Shown: positions 1 through 10,223 of the stretch, piece after piece
Numbering within the stretch: the first letter of the stretch is position 1
Layout: every line of letters begins with the position of its first letter
NCBI GenBank assembly: GCA_001772615.1
Contig: MEUZ01000007.1
Location: 25,146 to 89,145, forward strand
Direction: 5' to 3'
DNA from: a candidate division WWE3 bacterium RIFCSPHIGHO2_01_FULL_40_23
GTDB lineage: Bacteria > Patescibacteriota > WWE3 > UBA101185 > 2-01-FULL-41-18
DNA: 64,000 bases
Translations under genes and position numbers: made by a program
The notes under the pieces: generated by a model
What the model saw: only the letters and a program-made list of their open reading frames with translations
Database searches by the model: none
What the model was told of the DNA's origin: nothing

Positions 1-29
1 TGTACGCTCGAATTGGAAATACCCCAACG

Positions 30-842
30 ATGGACTACAGAACTAAGGCAAGAAACGCAATCATGTCAGTCATGGGAACTGAACAGGTAGGGGCCTACAA
101 CTCAATCCTGTCACTTGGAAGACAGCTTGGAGCGTATGTTTTGGCTGCCGACTTTATAAATCTTGACGGCGCAGACGATGAAACGTTCAGGGCATGGTTA
201 AAAGATATAAGAACCAAAGAACTTGGAGGGCATGGGAGATGGATAGTATTGACTCAAACGCATGGAGATTCAAATAACAACTGGGGCTCGTTTGCGGGTG
301 CATCCAGAATTGCGGCGAGCATGTACCTTAATGACACAACTGATGTTGAGGCGGCGTCTAAAGTATTCAGAGGGTTTACGGGGGATAGAAACGCTTACGC
401 TTCATTTAGAACCATCTCAAGCACGGAAGCAACTTGGGCCTGTTCACAAAGCACCACATTGTACACACCCATTAACCCGCCGTGTTATCTTTCAGGTATT
501 AACGTAGACGGAGCGATAGTGGGGGACATATACCGAGACAGTACACCGCTTCAGTGGCCTCCCACATCAACCGGGATTTCATATACTCTGGAATCTTTGC
601 AGGGTTTAGTATTGCAAGCGGAGCTTTTATCAAGAGCGGGTTACGACTCATGGAACTACTCGGATAAAGCTTTAAAAAGGGCGGCGGATCTTGTAAGCAG
701 GGATGGGAGATGGAATTATTCATCAGTCAGCTATCATGTTCCCTGGATTTTAAACAAACGATACGGCTTAAATATTCCAACCAGATCTCCGGCCAGCTAC
801 GGAAGAGTCTTTGGCTACACCGACTGGCTGTATGGAAATTAA
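30..842 (+). CDS. hypothetical protein, possibly 5'-truncated at the window edge; weak alginate-lyase/heparinase-like feel, not confirmed
   Basis: Long ORF starting 30 nt into the window; no recognisable catalytic motif. Confidence 0.4.
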   Translation: MDYRTKARNAIMSVMGTEQVGAYNSILSLGRQLGAYVLAADFINLDGADDETFRAWLKDIRTKELGGHGRWIVLTQTHGDSNNNWGSFAGASRIAASMYLNDTTDVEAASKVFRGFTGDRNAYASFRTISSTEATWACSQSTTLYTPINPPCYLSGINVDGAIVGDIYRDSTPLQWPPTSTGISYTLESLQGLVLQAELLSRAGYDSWNYSDKALKRAADLVSRDGRWNYSSVSYHVPWILNKRYGLNIPTRSPASYGRVFGYTDWLYGN

Positions 843-890
843 AATCCCCATTGACATTAACTCTCTCCAAAAAGTAAACTGAAACATGTT

Positions 891-2093
891 GTGCAAAAAG
901 AGGAAACTTATAAAAATGCACTTGACACCGCTCTTGAACCTGTAAACCCGGACAAACCTTCCGAAAACATAAAGCTAGCCCTCTCATATGATGATGTTCT
1001 TCTAATTCCCAGGTATTCCTCAATAAACTCAAGGTCAGAAGTGGATACTTCAACGCAAATAACACCTAATGTCAGGCTTAAGATACCTCTTATCAGTATT
1101 AACATGGATTCGGTTACAGGCGTTGAAATGGCGACTAAACTTGCAAACCTTGGCGGCATGGGTTTTTTGCCAAGATTTGACAAAGCCGAGATACAAGCGC
1201 AAATGGCAACCGATGTAAAAAAGAGTGGGGGATTGGTGGGTGTTGCAATCGGATGTAAAAACGGGTTTATGGAAAGAGCAGAACTTCTTGTTAAAGCCGG
1301 GGTTGACATAATAACTTTGGACATCGCTCACGGTCACATGCAAAAAGCTCTTGATGCAACAAGAGAATTAAAGAATAGATTTAACGACGTCGGAATTATT
1401 TCAGGAGTGGTTGCTACTTACGAGGGAGCTAAAGATTTATTCTTAGCAGGTGCAGACTGTGTGAGAGTAGGCGTTGGTCCCGGAACAATCTGCACAACGC
1501 GAACAATGACCGGCTGCGGAGTTCCGCAAATTACCGCGGTAATGGAAGCGGCAAGAGCGGCGAGGGAATTTAAAAAAACGATTTTATGCGACGGGGGAAC
1601 TAAAAGTGCCGGGGATGTAGTCAAAGGGCTTGCGGCTGGCGCCTCGGCTGTTGTGATAGGAAGCCAGTTTGCGGGCTGTGATGAAGCTAATGGAGAACTT
1701 GTCGTAATAAGAAACGGAACAAAAAAACATATCAGGATTTTTGGTATAAAATTGTTTGAAATTGCGGAGTGGGGGAGTAGTGAAAAATTTAAGAGGTATA
1801 ACGCTTCAACCTCAAAAACCGAAAAGATAAAGCAAATCAAAAAAGACGGGAGCGACAAAAACGGGGATTACACCGACTACATAGAAGGGGTGGAATCCCT
1901 CGTCCCTTACAGCGGCCCGCTTGAAGGCGTTGTAAACAAAATTTTGGCGGGAGTAAAATCAGGCTTATCTTATAACGGCGCGAGCACAATAGAGGAACTC
2001 TGGGAAAAAGCGGAATTTATCCAGGTTACCCACGCGGGGATCATAGAAAGCGGCGCCCATCACGTAATTACAACCCACAGCACCCACCCATAA
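891..2093 (+). CDS. IMP dehydrogenase/GMP reductase family enzyme, CBS-less
   Basis: Catalytic loop [11 protein letters not shown] (matches IMPDH GIGPGSICTTR, active-site Cys); N-term [10 protein letters not shown]; DIAHGH; [19 protein letters not shown]. No Bateman/CBS insertion between the KK region and VGVAIG. GTG start per ORF track. Confidence 0.75.
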   Translation: MQKEETYKNALDTALEPVNPDKPSENIKLALSYDDVLLIPRYSSINSRSEVDTSTQITPNVRLKIPLISINMDSVTGVEMATKLANLGGMGFLPRFDKAEIQAQMATDVKKSGGLVGVAIGCKNGFMERAELLVKAGVDIITLDIAHGHMQKALDATRELKNRFNDVGIISGVVATYEGAKDLFLAGADCVRVGVGPGTICTTRTMTGCGVPQITAVMEAARAAREFKKTILCDGGTKSAGDVVKGLAAGASAVVIGSQFAGCDEANGELVVIRNGTKKHIRIFGIKLFEIAEWGSSEKFKRYNASTSKTEKIKQIKKDGSDKNGDYTDYIEGVESLVPYSGPLEGVVNKILAGVKSGLSYNGASTIEELWEKAEFIQVTHAGIIESGAHHVITTHSTHP

Positions 2094-2122
2094 ATCCAAC
2101 TTAAATTATTACCTTATAGTAT

Positions 2123-2151
2123 TTGACCTAAATTACCGGAGGTGATATAAA
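2123..2151 (+). promoter_or_regulatory. sigma70-like promoter (TTGACC-17-TATAAA) upstream of the large secreted protease gene; strong RBS GGAGG before the ATG at 2242
   Basis: Hexamers with 17-nt spacing read directly. Confidence 0.4.
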
Positions 2152-2241
2152 ACACTTAGCTACAAAAAAGGCTCTTTGATAATTTAAGAGCTCAATATCA
2201 GCTTGTTGCCAAGCTGAAATCTATCCAAAGGAGGATGGAAA

Positions 2242-5200
2242 ATGAGAAAACTCATTGTATTTCTGACGGTCGTTTCGCTTCTACTCGGAACGTACGGCAT
2301 TTCGGACGCCGGCATCAAAGGCGCACCGAACCCACCGGGTTTTGTGGGCGCCACTGTCAACGGCAAAAACTGCGAGGTCCTGGTTTCAACCAGCGCGGAT
2401 AAAACCGTCTGGGCGCTAAACCCCGATCTTGCGGGTGAGGAAGTTCAAAACTGTGAGATCAAGATCAAGAAGGCCCGGGGTGAACAACTTGCGGTTGAAA
2501 CCGCAAACCGGTTCGTTCCGGGTGAGCTTCTGGTGAAGTTTACCCGCGGTTCAAACCGTCAGGGCAATCTCGACGTAATCAAGGGGAACGGAGCAAACGT
2601 ACTCAAAGAGATTGATCCCGGAAACGGCCTCTTTCATGTGTCCGTTGCCAAAGGGCAGGAAAGGGCAATCGCAAAAACACTTTTGACTAATCCGAATGTG
2701 GAGTATGCGGAGCCTAACTTCCTCACTCACAGCTTCTCAACACCCTCGTGGGGACAGGAAGCTATCGGCGCCCCGCAAGTTTGGGGTATTTACGACTGCG
2801 GGAACGCGGGAATTGCGGTTTTAGACACCGGCGTAGCGAAAAATCACCCGGAACTGCAAAATGTGGAAGCCGGGTGGGACTTTGTGAACGACGACCCCGA
2901 CGCTTCGGATGATGAAGGGCACGGCACTCATGTCGCATCAATTGCAGCGGGCGCAACGGTGGGCGTGTGCAGAAACGCACTTGTCATTCCGTATAAGGTG
3001 CTTAATTCGGAAGGATCCGGCACCTACGCAGATATCACGGCTGCTATCGTTTCCGCAACGCTTAACAGCCGGGTGAAGGTTCTTAACCTTTCACTTGGCG
3101 GCTCAAACTCTTCAGATACGATGCGGGAAGCTTTAAACCAGGCTGCTAACGCGGGAAAACTCATCTTCGTGGCAGCCGGCAATGATCTTGGTGAAGGCCC
3201 TTCGTACCCTGCGGCCTACACCTCTACAATTGCGATTAATGCCTTCGGCACAAACTTTGTGCTTCCGGTATGGAGCGCTCGGTTTAAGGGGGCAGAGTAC
3301 CGCTCGCTGTCGGCTCCCGGTGTAGGAATACTCGGTGCCAACTACACGGGCGGGCTGGTGAAGTACAGTGGAACCTCCATGGCCACTCCCTACGCATCTG
3401 GCGCGGCGGCTTACTTACTCTCCATCAACCCAAACCTTACGGCGGAGGAGGTCAAAAGCCTTCTTTTCAACAGCGCCGTAAAGCTGGGGGATGAGAAAGA
3501 GTACGGCCACGGAGCGCTTAACCTTGCCAATGCAGTCAAAATGACGACGGGCGTGAACCTGAATGTGCTTCCTCTTGAATGGAACACCCAATCGTGGCCT
3601 TCGCTCTTAACGATCGGGGAAGAAACAAGCATCCTTTCCTCCCTTAAAGACCCGGATGGAAACGTGGTCAGCGCAACCGCGCTTATCACCACTCCAATCG
3701 GAAGCGTTCTTGCCCCCATGAGCTTTGATTCCACCTTGAAGATGTGGAGGGCGGACTATATGCCCCTGGCTCTTGGGAGTTATTCGGCAACCGTGATTTC
3801 TGTCTCGGATGGAATCTCGGTCACATCCGGATTTGGGTACCAGGCCACATTCAATGTGGTATCTACAACCCTTCCTTCGGGATGGGAAATGCATGGACGT
3901 TTGCCTCAAGGCGGAAGTTACGTTGACTTTAACGTTGACGTCTCATCCGTGGAGCAGATCTACAGCCAGTGGAACGACATCAGCGCCTCCACAGACCAGG
4001 GAGTTGCTACCCACCTTGGGCGTTCTCTGGTACCTGAAAAGGTAAGGGTGGTTGGAAGTTGCCCTTTTGGAGAGTTTGGCGTCCAGTGGGCGTTTGACAC
4101 TCTCTCCGGGATTTACTACAGCTACTACGGCGTCTATGAAACTGCCAAGGAGCTCGACTGTCTCGATGGAATCGGAATTTTCGGCAATCACGGCGCTATC
4201 GGAGGGCAGCTTTTCGCAGTGGACCAAGGATCCAACCATTACAATGGATGGGATGCACGGCTCCACTCCTATGATCCGGTTTCGGGAAGGCACAACTGGA
4301 CAATCCATACCGAATACCATGCCGATGGGGCAGTCAGGATCTCGGAAGATGGTTTAAGGCTTTACATAGCGGGAGGCCCTTATGATCCTTTATGGTCGGT
4401 GAGCTCTGTAACCGGCGAAAGAATCTGGAGCTTCTTCCCAAACTCAGGATCCGTAATGGACTCCGAGCCCGTTGAGAAAGACGGAAAGGTCTATGTAAAA
4501 GTCAGCGGAAGCAGTTTAAGCATCAACAAGCTGTATGCTTTAAACGCTTATACCGGGGATGTTATCTGGCAGTTCAACCCCGACAGAGGGTTTTACGGCA
4601 GATCCGCTCCGACCCTTTCACCTGATGGTCAAACTGTAGTTGTTTGCGACGGCAGCTTTAATATGTACGCCGTAGATACAGCTACGGGAAACCGCATGTG
4701 GAAGACAGCGCTGGGCGGCACCAATTCAAGCTTTTGCGAAAGCGTCCCAGCGGTAACTGAAGAGTATGTCCTGATCTACACTGGCTCTGGAGTAGGCGGT
4801 GACACCAATAATTACCTTCACCTTCTTGACTTACAGACAGGTGAGATAATAGTAACCCGTGTAGTGGTGGATTATGGCTCGGTCGTTGCAAGCCCCGCCG
4901 TTTCTGGAGATCTGGTCTTTCTTACGGATTATCGGGGAAAAATCAGAGCCTATCTTCTGCCAACACTGGGGCTTGTGTGGGAGGATGTTGTTGATCCTTA
5001 TAATATCTCCTCCTGGCAAACCTCCGTGGCAATCGGAGAAGATGAAAACGGAAAATATGCCATCGTTTCGGCATCGGGGAATAACGGGTTCTTTAAAGCG
5101 TGGAAGTTTAGGGAAAGGGTAGAGCAGTCAACACCACCTACGTTGACGCCCATCCCAACCAACACGCCTACAGTTACCAGAACCCCCTCGCCAACAAGAA

Positions 5201-5526
5201 CTACAACTCCTATAGGCGGGGCAACCTTGACACCAACTCCTACACCCACGGCGTCAAACACATCGACTCCGTCGCAGACGCCAACACTGACCCCCACAAG
5301 CACGCCCTCGCCAACGGCGACACCCTGTCAGTGGGGCAGCAGCTGGAAGTGTGCCACCCCAACGGCATCAAAGACTTTCACGCCAACTGCAACCGGAACG
5401 GCGGGCAGCACTACCACGTCTACGGCGACCCCGTCGCAGACGCCAACGCTCACACCTACTGTGTTGCCTACGGCTCAGACAAATCCAAACACACATTGGA
5501 TCTTTCTGCCGTTTGTAATAAAGTAG
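2242..5526 (+). CDS. large secreted multidomain protein: signal peptide, subtilisin-like S8 serine peptidase, PQQ-like beta-propeller repeats, Thr/Pro-rich low-complexity tail
   Basis: N-term MRKLIVFLTVVSLLLGTYGISDA. Asp-His-Ser triad motifs DTGV, HGTHVASIAAG, GTSMATPYASGAAAY. Repeated YxxxxxTGxxxW motifs (YALNAYTGDVIWQF, YAVDTATGNRMWK, LLDLQTGEII). C-terminal TPTxTPT-rich ~130 aa. Confidence 0.8.
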   Translation: MRKLIVFLTVVSLLLGTYGISDAGIKGAPNPPGFVGATVNGKNCEVLVSTSADKTVWALNPDLAGEEVQNCEIKIKKARGEQLAVETANRFVPGELLVKFTRGSNRQGNLDVIKGNGANVLKEIDPGNGLFHVSVAKGQERAIAKTLLTNPNVEYAEPNFLTHSFSTPSWGQEAIGAPQVWGIYDCGNAGIAVLDTGVAKNHPELQNVEAGWDFVNDDPDASDDEGHGTHVASIAAGATVGVCRNALVIPYKVLNSEGSGTYADITAAIVSATLNSRVKVLNLSLGGSNSSDTMREALNQAANAGKLIFVAAGNDLGEGPSYPAAYTSTIAINAFGTNFVLPVWSARFKGAEYRSLSAPGVGILGANYTGGLVKYSGTSMATPYASGAAAYLLSINPNLTAEEVKSLLFNSAVKLGDEKEYGHGALNLANAVKMTTGVNLNVLPLEWNTQSWPSLLTIGEETSILSSLKDPDGNVVSATALITTPIGSVLAPMSFDSTLKMWRADYMPLALGSYSATVISVSDGISVTSGFGYQATFNVVSTTLPSGWEMHGRLPQGGSYVDFNVDVSSVEQIYSQWNDISASTDQGVATHLGRSLVPEKVRVVGSCPFGEFGVQWAFDTLSGIYYSYYGVYETAKELDCLDGIGIFGNHGAIGGQLFAVDQGSNHYNGWDARLHSYDPVSGRHNWTIHTEYHADGAVRISEDGLRLYIAGGPYDPLWSVSSVTGERIWSFFPNSGSVMDSEPVEKDGKVYVKVSGSSLSINKLYALNAYTGDVIWQFNPDRGFYGRSAPTLSPDGQTVVVCDGSFNMYAVDTATGNRMWKTALGGTNSSFCESVPAVTEEYVLIYTGSGVGGDTNNYLHLLDLQTGEIIVTRVVVDYGSVVASPAVSGDLVFLTDYRGKIRAYLLPTLGLVWEDVVDPYNISSWQTSVAIGEDENGKYAIVSASGNNGFFKAWKFRERVEQSTPPTLTPIPTNTPTVTRTPSPTRTTTPIGGATLTPTPTPTASNTSTPSQTPTLTPTSTPSPTATPCQWGSSWKCATPTASKTFTPTATGTAGSTTTSTATPSQTPTLTPTVLPTAQTNPNTHWIFLPFVIK

Positions 5527-5555
5527 GGTAGAGAGAGAAATTTAGGCCAAAGCGG

Positions 5556-5600
5556 TTACAATGAGTAAATCTTGTAGCCGCTTTTTTTATCTTTTTAAAA
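5556..5600 (+). terminator. rho-independent terminator (agcgguuaca..uguagccgcu stem + U-run) after the large protease gene
   Basis: 10-bp stem with one G-U wobble followed by TTTTTTT. Confidence 0.5.
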
Positions 5601-6540
5601 ACTTATCGTGAACCTCCTTCAACCTTCTATTAGTAACATGGGTATAAATTTGAGTAGTTGACACATTTGAATGTCCCAAAATCTCCTGAACCGATCTTAA
5701 ATCGGCGCCGTTAGCAAGAAGTGTAGTGGCCATAGTATGCCTTAAAGAGTGTGGAGTCGCGTCAACGGAGATACCAGCCCTTAATACATATTTTTTAACT
5801 AGCCTTTGCACACTCCTTGCCGTTAATCTTAATGATTCCCCGTCAAGATCATCGGAATCCATCTGCCTTCCACTATATCTTAAAAAGAGGGGGGAGAATT
5901 CGTCCCTTCTTGTATCAAGATACCGTAGGAGCCATGAAGCCGCCGTCTCCGATAAATATACTGTTCTTACTTTTCTTCCTTTTCCCACGATACTAAATTC
6001 CCGTGTATTAAAATTAATATCGTCTCTATTAAGTTTCACAAGCTCACTAACTCTAAGACCGGTAGAGAAGAGCATCTCCAAAATCGCCTTGTCTCTGATG
6101 CCCGATCTTTTGTCAAGATTTTGCACGGACATAATCCGATCAAGTTGCTCATCATTTAAAAACTTCGGAATTCTTTCTTCACTTTTCCCAAGGTCAATCT
6201 GCTCGGGGGCAGGAACGTCAAGGCCCTTTTTAATAATGAGGTATCTTAAAAACGCCCTCAAAGCTATCAGAAAAGTTTTCTGGGTGTTTCTTTTGAAGCT
6301 TTCTCTGGATTTGCCGCTTATTCTTCTATTTAGATTCACTCTATACTTCTGAATTAGATCCAGTGTGACATCTTTTACATTAACGACATCTCTTCTCAAA
6401 AATTGTTTTGACCAATTAAGAAAGTCATTAAGGTAAAAATGATACATTTTAATTGTTCCTTGGGAAAGATTCTTATCAACTTCGCAGTATTCAAGATAAT
6501 CAATTATAAGTTTATCAAGCCCCATGAATTGATTATACAT
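5587..6540 (-). CDS. tyrosine site-specific recombinase (XerC/XerD/phage-integrase family)
   Basis: C-terminal catalytic region HSLRHTMATTLLANGADLRSVQEILGHSNVSTTQIYTHV (R..HxxR..Y). Confidence 0.85.
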   Translation of the reverse strand: MYNQFMGLDKLIIDYLEYCEVDKNLSQGTIKMYHFYLNDFLNWSKQFLRRDVVNVKDVTLDLIQKYRVNLNRRISGKSRESFKRNTQKTFLIALRAFLRYLIIKKGLDVPAPEQIDLGKSEERIPKFLNDEQLDRIMSVQNLDKRSGIRDKAILEMLFSTGLRVSELVKLNRDDINFNTREFSIVGKGRKVRTVYLSETAASWLLRYLDTRRDEFSPLFLRYSGRQMDSDDLDGESLRLTARSVQRLVKKYVLRAGISVDATPHSLRHTMATTLLANGADLRSVQEILGHSNVSTTQIYTHVTNRRLKEVHDKFLKR

Positions 6541-7338
6541 CAGTAATCACATCAACTTTCTAAAATGAAATTAAGAGGCCACCATCAAACACGCGTCCGC
6601 TTGGCTATCTTTACCTCACTCATCAAATATCTTCAATCCTGGGGCATTGTGGAGGCCTCCTTGCAGACCCAAAAACAACCTGATAATAAAATACGGCAAA
6701 TCAGCAGTTAAATATGCCTGGCACCAAAGAGGAGCGAAAGCAAGCGGGAAAAGAGCACGCAAAATAAACGTAAAAACATTTAAAACCACAGACAAAACTT
6801 TTAAAAAGGGAAGTTAAATATCTTTAAAATTAAATCCTTTTAAAATAAGAACCGGCCAGCGAAATATTTTTTGACATACATAAAGTAAAGGGTAGGGGTG
6901 CAAATTGTCACAGACAAGATGTCTTTATATGTATATTTAACGACATCATGTAAGGATTTTCAGGTTGGGCTGACTTAAGGGGACGATAAAACACTATTCC
7001 CGGGAAATTCGCAATAAATTAACATTTATTTAAAAGTATTAAAAACATTTAAAAACTTTTTTTCAAAGTATAGCTGCACAGACTCCCCAAATACCCCTCA
7101 ATAAACGCAGGGCTTGGGAATCACCCCTCTTCCCCGCAAAGCTTATCCACATCAGTTTTAGGGCGTGGTTGCAACAAAAAGTCAATATTTTCAGGCTGAA
7201 TTTTTTCCCAAAGGTGAGTAAAAAAATATGACAAACGTACAATGAGCCTTATAGTTTCCTTAGCACTTGCTACTATAGGATGCCAAAGGGTTTCGGGATT
7301 CTCACCTAATTTTTTTCTACTCCTCTACTCCAACATAT

Positions 7339-8118
7339 CTATGGCAAAAATAAAAGCCCAATAAAAAGAAAAGCTATCGTAATTAATACGTGCTCAAAAA
7401 TAATTTTTTCCGACAAAGTGTGCTTAATAAAATTATGATTAAATCCAAGGCCAAAAAGAAGGATTGATGACAAAAACAGCCCCCTAAAGAGGGCCTCAAA
7501 AGGCAGGAAAAGTATGGCCGAGGATAAGGTTAAAACCCAAAACGAAGTAAGTATGGATAAATTCATGTCAACCTCCCCTACTTCAAAGTCAAGCGACCAC
7601 AAAAAAAGAAGCATTAAAGAAAAGGAAGATAAAGTTATCGCAAAAACCTGGAGGAAAGGATGTATCGGGAGTTTAAAAATACCAGCAAAAAGAGGGATGG
7701 AAACGACTATTATTAGTATCTGCTCCCACGTGATTGCCACTCTGTAAAGAGGGATGACTTTACCCTTTTCAAAGACTACTGAAAAAATATTTAAAATAAG
7801 AAGGGTGATATAGTAAACAACTAAAACAATTATCAAACTTAAAATTCTAAAAAGAATAGAGAGATTTGGAAAGCCGGAAAAAGTAAGAGCCGCTCCCACA
7901 ACTACGTGTATAGGAAGAATAGAAACATAGAACCAGACTCTCCCAAAAGAACGTATCTCCAAAACAAAAAGAAGTGAGGCAAAAACAGCAACTGACAAAA
8001 ATAAAAGATAAAGAGGCATCCACTTTGCCGAAACAAACTTCACAAAAAATAGAAGCATGCAAAGTGTAAAAGAACTAAGGAAAAACTTTAACCTTTTTGG
8101 ATCAACTGACTCAAGCAT
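7339..8118 (-). CDS. hypothetical polytopic membrane protein
   Basis: Multiple hydrophobic segments; no motif. Confidence 0.5.
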   Translation of the reverse strand: MLESVDPKRLKFFLSSFTLCMLLFFVKFVSAKWMPLYLLFLSVAVFASLLFVLEIRSFGRVWFYVSILPIHVVVGAALTFSGFPNLSILFRILSLIIVLVVYYITLLILNIFSVVFEKGKVIPLYRVAITWEQILIIVVSIPLFAGIFKLPIHPFLQVFAITLSSFSLMLLFLWSLDFEVGEVDMNLSILTSFWVLTLSSAILFLPFEALFRGLFLSSILLFGLGFNHNFIKHTLSEKIIFEHVLITIAFLFIGLLFLP

Positions 8119-8668
8119 TTATCCCTCCAAAATCTTCCACTACAAAGTTGGCATAAACTTCCGAGATATCATCATGATTATCCAAAGCTTCAACCAAATC
8201 CATTATCCTACCGGCCATTTCTTTTGTAAGGGGAATTTCAAAAATCGGATTCTCCGGATCCTGCCCAAAAACATACGATGCACATCCGCTTTCTCCCAAG
8301 GAACCTCCAAACCTTGTAAAAATATTTCTGATCTCCGCAACAGTTCTGTTTTTATTATCAGTAAGAGCCTTCACCATAATGGCTATCCCTTCAGGGCCAT
8401 ACCCTTCATACGTAACTTCCTCCAGAGTTGAGCTGTCCCCTCCTCCGGCCCCTCTTTCTATAGCCCTTTCAATGTTATCTTTTGGCATTCTTGCGTCTTT
8501 TGCCTTTTCAATTGCGAGTCTTAAAGAAGGATTCATATTCGGATCTTTCCCACCTTTTTTCGCGGCCTGCGAAATAAGCCTTGAGATTTTAGTGAAGACC
8601 TGGCTTCTTTTCGCGTCATTGAGGGCTTTATCTCTTTTGATTGTTGACCATTTTGAATGCCCGCTCAC
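8111..8668 (-). CDS. yebC: YebC/PmpR family DNA-binding regulator, short form lacking part of the middle/C-terminal region
   Basis: [27 protein letters not shown]...[16 protein letters not shown] and [32 protein letters not shown] match YebC. Confidence 0.8.
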   Translation of the reverse strand: MSGHSKWSTIKRDKALNDAKRSQVFTKISRLISQAAKKGGKDPNMNPSLRLAIEKAKDARMPKDNIERAIERGAGGGDSSTLEEVTYEGYGPEGIAIMVKALTDNKNRTVAEIRNIFTRFGGSLGESGCASYVFGQDPENPIFEIPLTKEMAGRIMDLVEALDNHDDISEVYANFVVEDFGGINA

Positions 8669-8705
8669 ATGGGAATTTTATCACAACTTTTGACGTAACG
8701 ACTTC

Positions 8706-9416
8706 TTGACAAAATGTTTTGTATTAGTTAGCTTCTATCTCATGCCAAACGAAGTAGATCAGCTTTCATCAAAAGCTATTCAGGCGGCACTAAACAAAGA
8801 ATGGAAGAAAGCGGTTGAGCTTAACAAAAAAATAATCAGTTTTGACGATTCGGATATTTCAGCCCTAAACAGACTCGCAAAAGCTTACATTGAGCTTGAT
8901 ATGCATACTGATGCGAGAAAAACCCTTAAAAACGTCTTAAAACTTGATCCCATTAATCAGACAGCCAAGAAAAACATGCAGTACGCGCAGGCAAAAAGAA
9001 AAGCCCTGGGCAATCTCCCCCACCCTGACATTAAAAGCTTTATAAAAGAACCGGGTACAACAAAAGAATTTTCATTTTCCATAATCACAAAAGGACTCAC
9101 GTCTAAAAAATTTTATATTGGAGAGCCCCTTACCATTAAAATAGAGGGACATAAAGTCGGCCTTTACAAATCAACCGGAGAGCTCCTTGGAATTTTTGAC
9201 GTTCAGACGGCCGAAAGACTCTCAACAGTGCATAAAAAAGACGGGACATTAAACTCGTATTATCTTTCAGGAGAAGAAAAAAATATAAAAGTGCTTGTTA
9301 AATCATCACTTCCAATTTTCAAAGCCGAAAAACAGGAGCTAAAACCGTATATTAAGAGAGACACAATAGAAGAACCGGAGCTTGAGCTTTCTTACCCTGA
9401 ACAGGAGGAGCCTTAA
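8706..9416 (+). CDS. hypothetical protein with N-terminal TPR-like repeat
   Basis: ALNRLAKAYIELDMHTDARKTLKNVLKLDPIN resembles a TPR unit. Confidence 0.45.
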   Translation: MTKCFVLVSFYLMPNEVDQLSSKAIQAALNKEWKKAVELNKKIISFDDSDISALNRLAKAYIELDMHTDARKTLKNVLKLDPINQTAKKNMQYAQAKRKALGNLPHPDIKSFIKEPGTTKEFSFSIITKGLTSKKFYIGEPLTIKIEGHKVGLYKSTGELLGIFDVQTAERLSTVHKKDGTLNSYYLSGEEKNIKVLVKSSLPIFKAEKQELKPYIKRDTIEEPELELSYPEQEEP

Positions 9417-9418
9417 TA

Positions 9419-10186
9419 CTACCTTAAATCTTCCTCCGTTAAGGCCTTGGTTTGAGGGGGTTCTCCCAAGGGTTTTTCCTCAACTTTCTTTACCGGTTCA
9501 ATCTTTGGTAAAACAACTTTTCGCACGGGCGGCTTAGGCCCTTCCCTACCCTTATCTTTCCTTAAAGGCTTATTTTCAACCACCACAGCCACCACCTTCT
9601 TGGGCTCGGGTTTAGGTTTCTCCTGCGATACTAAAGGAGCTTCCTCCAAGGAAGGTTTCGGGAGTTCAACCTTCACAACGCTCTTTGGGGTTTTCCCTGG
9701 TATTGACTCAACGGCTGCAAAAGGCACAAACTTATCATCCAAAGGAAGAAGAACAACTACGGGATCTCCCTCCACACCGCCGTAATGGTTAACCGAAACA
9801 TCCAGAACCCTGTAGGAACCGTCGGAAGTAACGGCATGCCATTTTCCTTCCTTTTTAGCTAAAATCCCTTCAACTCGTAACCTCCTAATCCTTTCAATCT
9901 GTTTAAACCTTTTTTCCCCATTTTCTTCATACTGCTTTAACTTATCCCCATATACCAGAGTTGACTTTGAGGCATAATTCGCCGGAATATCAATCTTTTC
10001 CCCTGCTTCGGTTTCCATATACTCACCCATAAACTTCCCAAGTACCCCAGGCAAGTTTCTCGCTGATGGGATGCCTGCTTGGGCTTCAACTTCCTTCATC
10101 AGATTTTTAGCCTGATTAATGAAATTAACCGCTTGATTTAAAGCATTATTTACTTGCTGGATTTTATGCCGTATGTTTTCTTCCAT
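9419..10186 (-). CDS. hypothetical protein with Lys/Pro/Glu-rich C-terminal low-complexity region
   Basis: ORF only; tightly followed by the VirD4-like gene. Confidence 0.4.
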   Translation of the reverse strand: MEENIRHKIQQVNNALNQAVNFINQAKNLMKEVEAQAGIPSARNLPGVLGKFMGEYMETEAGEKIDIPANYASKSTLVYGDKLKQYEENGEKRFKQIERIRRLRVEGILAKKEGKWHAVTSDGSYRVLDVSVNHYGGVEGDPVVVLLPLDDKFVPFAAVESIPGKTPKSVVKVELPKPSLEEAPLVSQEKPKPEPKKVVAVVVENKPLRKDKGREGPKPPVRKVVLPKIEPVKKVEEKPLGEPPQTKALTEEDLR

Positions 10187-10223
10187 ATTTTCTCCTAAGT
10201 TTCGCAGGCTTACTCAAACTACG

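Noticed and set aside
908-1858. Antisense ORFs (908-1324, 1050-1343, 1418-1858) inside the IMPDH-family gene
   Set aside because: Shadow ORFs opposite a gene with clear conserved motifs; no RBS and low-complexity translation.
2762-5303. Numerous 60-125-aa ORFs on both strands inside the 1094-aa protease gene
   Set aside because: All lie within or antisense to a continuous, motif-supported CDS. The GC-rich Thr/Pro tract makes all frames open.
5100-5500. Thr/Pro-rich repetitive DNA as a possible tandem repeat or CRISPR-like array
   Set aside because: It is in-frame low-complexity coding sequence of the large protein. There are no regular spacer-repeat units.
6968-6998. Motif GGGACGATAAA(A)CAYTAT shared with 15757-15785
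   Set aside because: Only two copies seen. A match of this quality is expected by chance among all position pairs in 64 kb.
6541-7338. tmRNA or tRNA as integrase target in the long spacer
   Set aside because: No acceptor/T-arm (GGTTCGA-type) or GGGG...CCA ends found on either strand.
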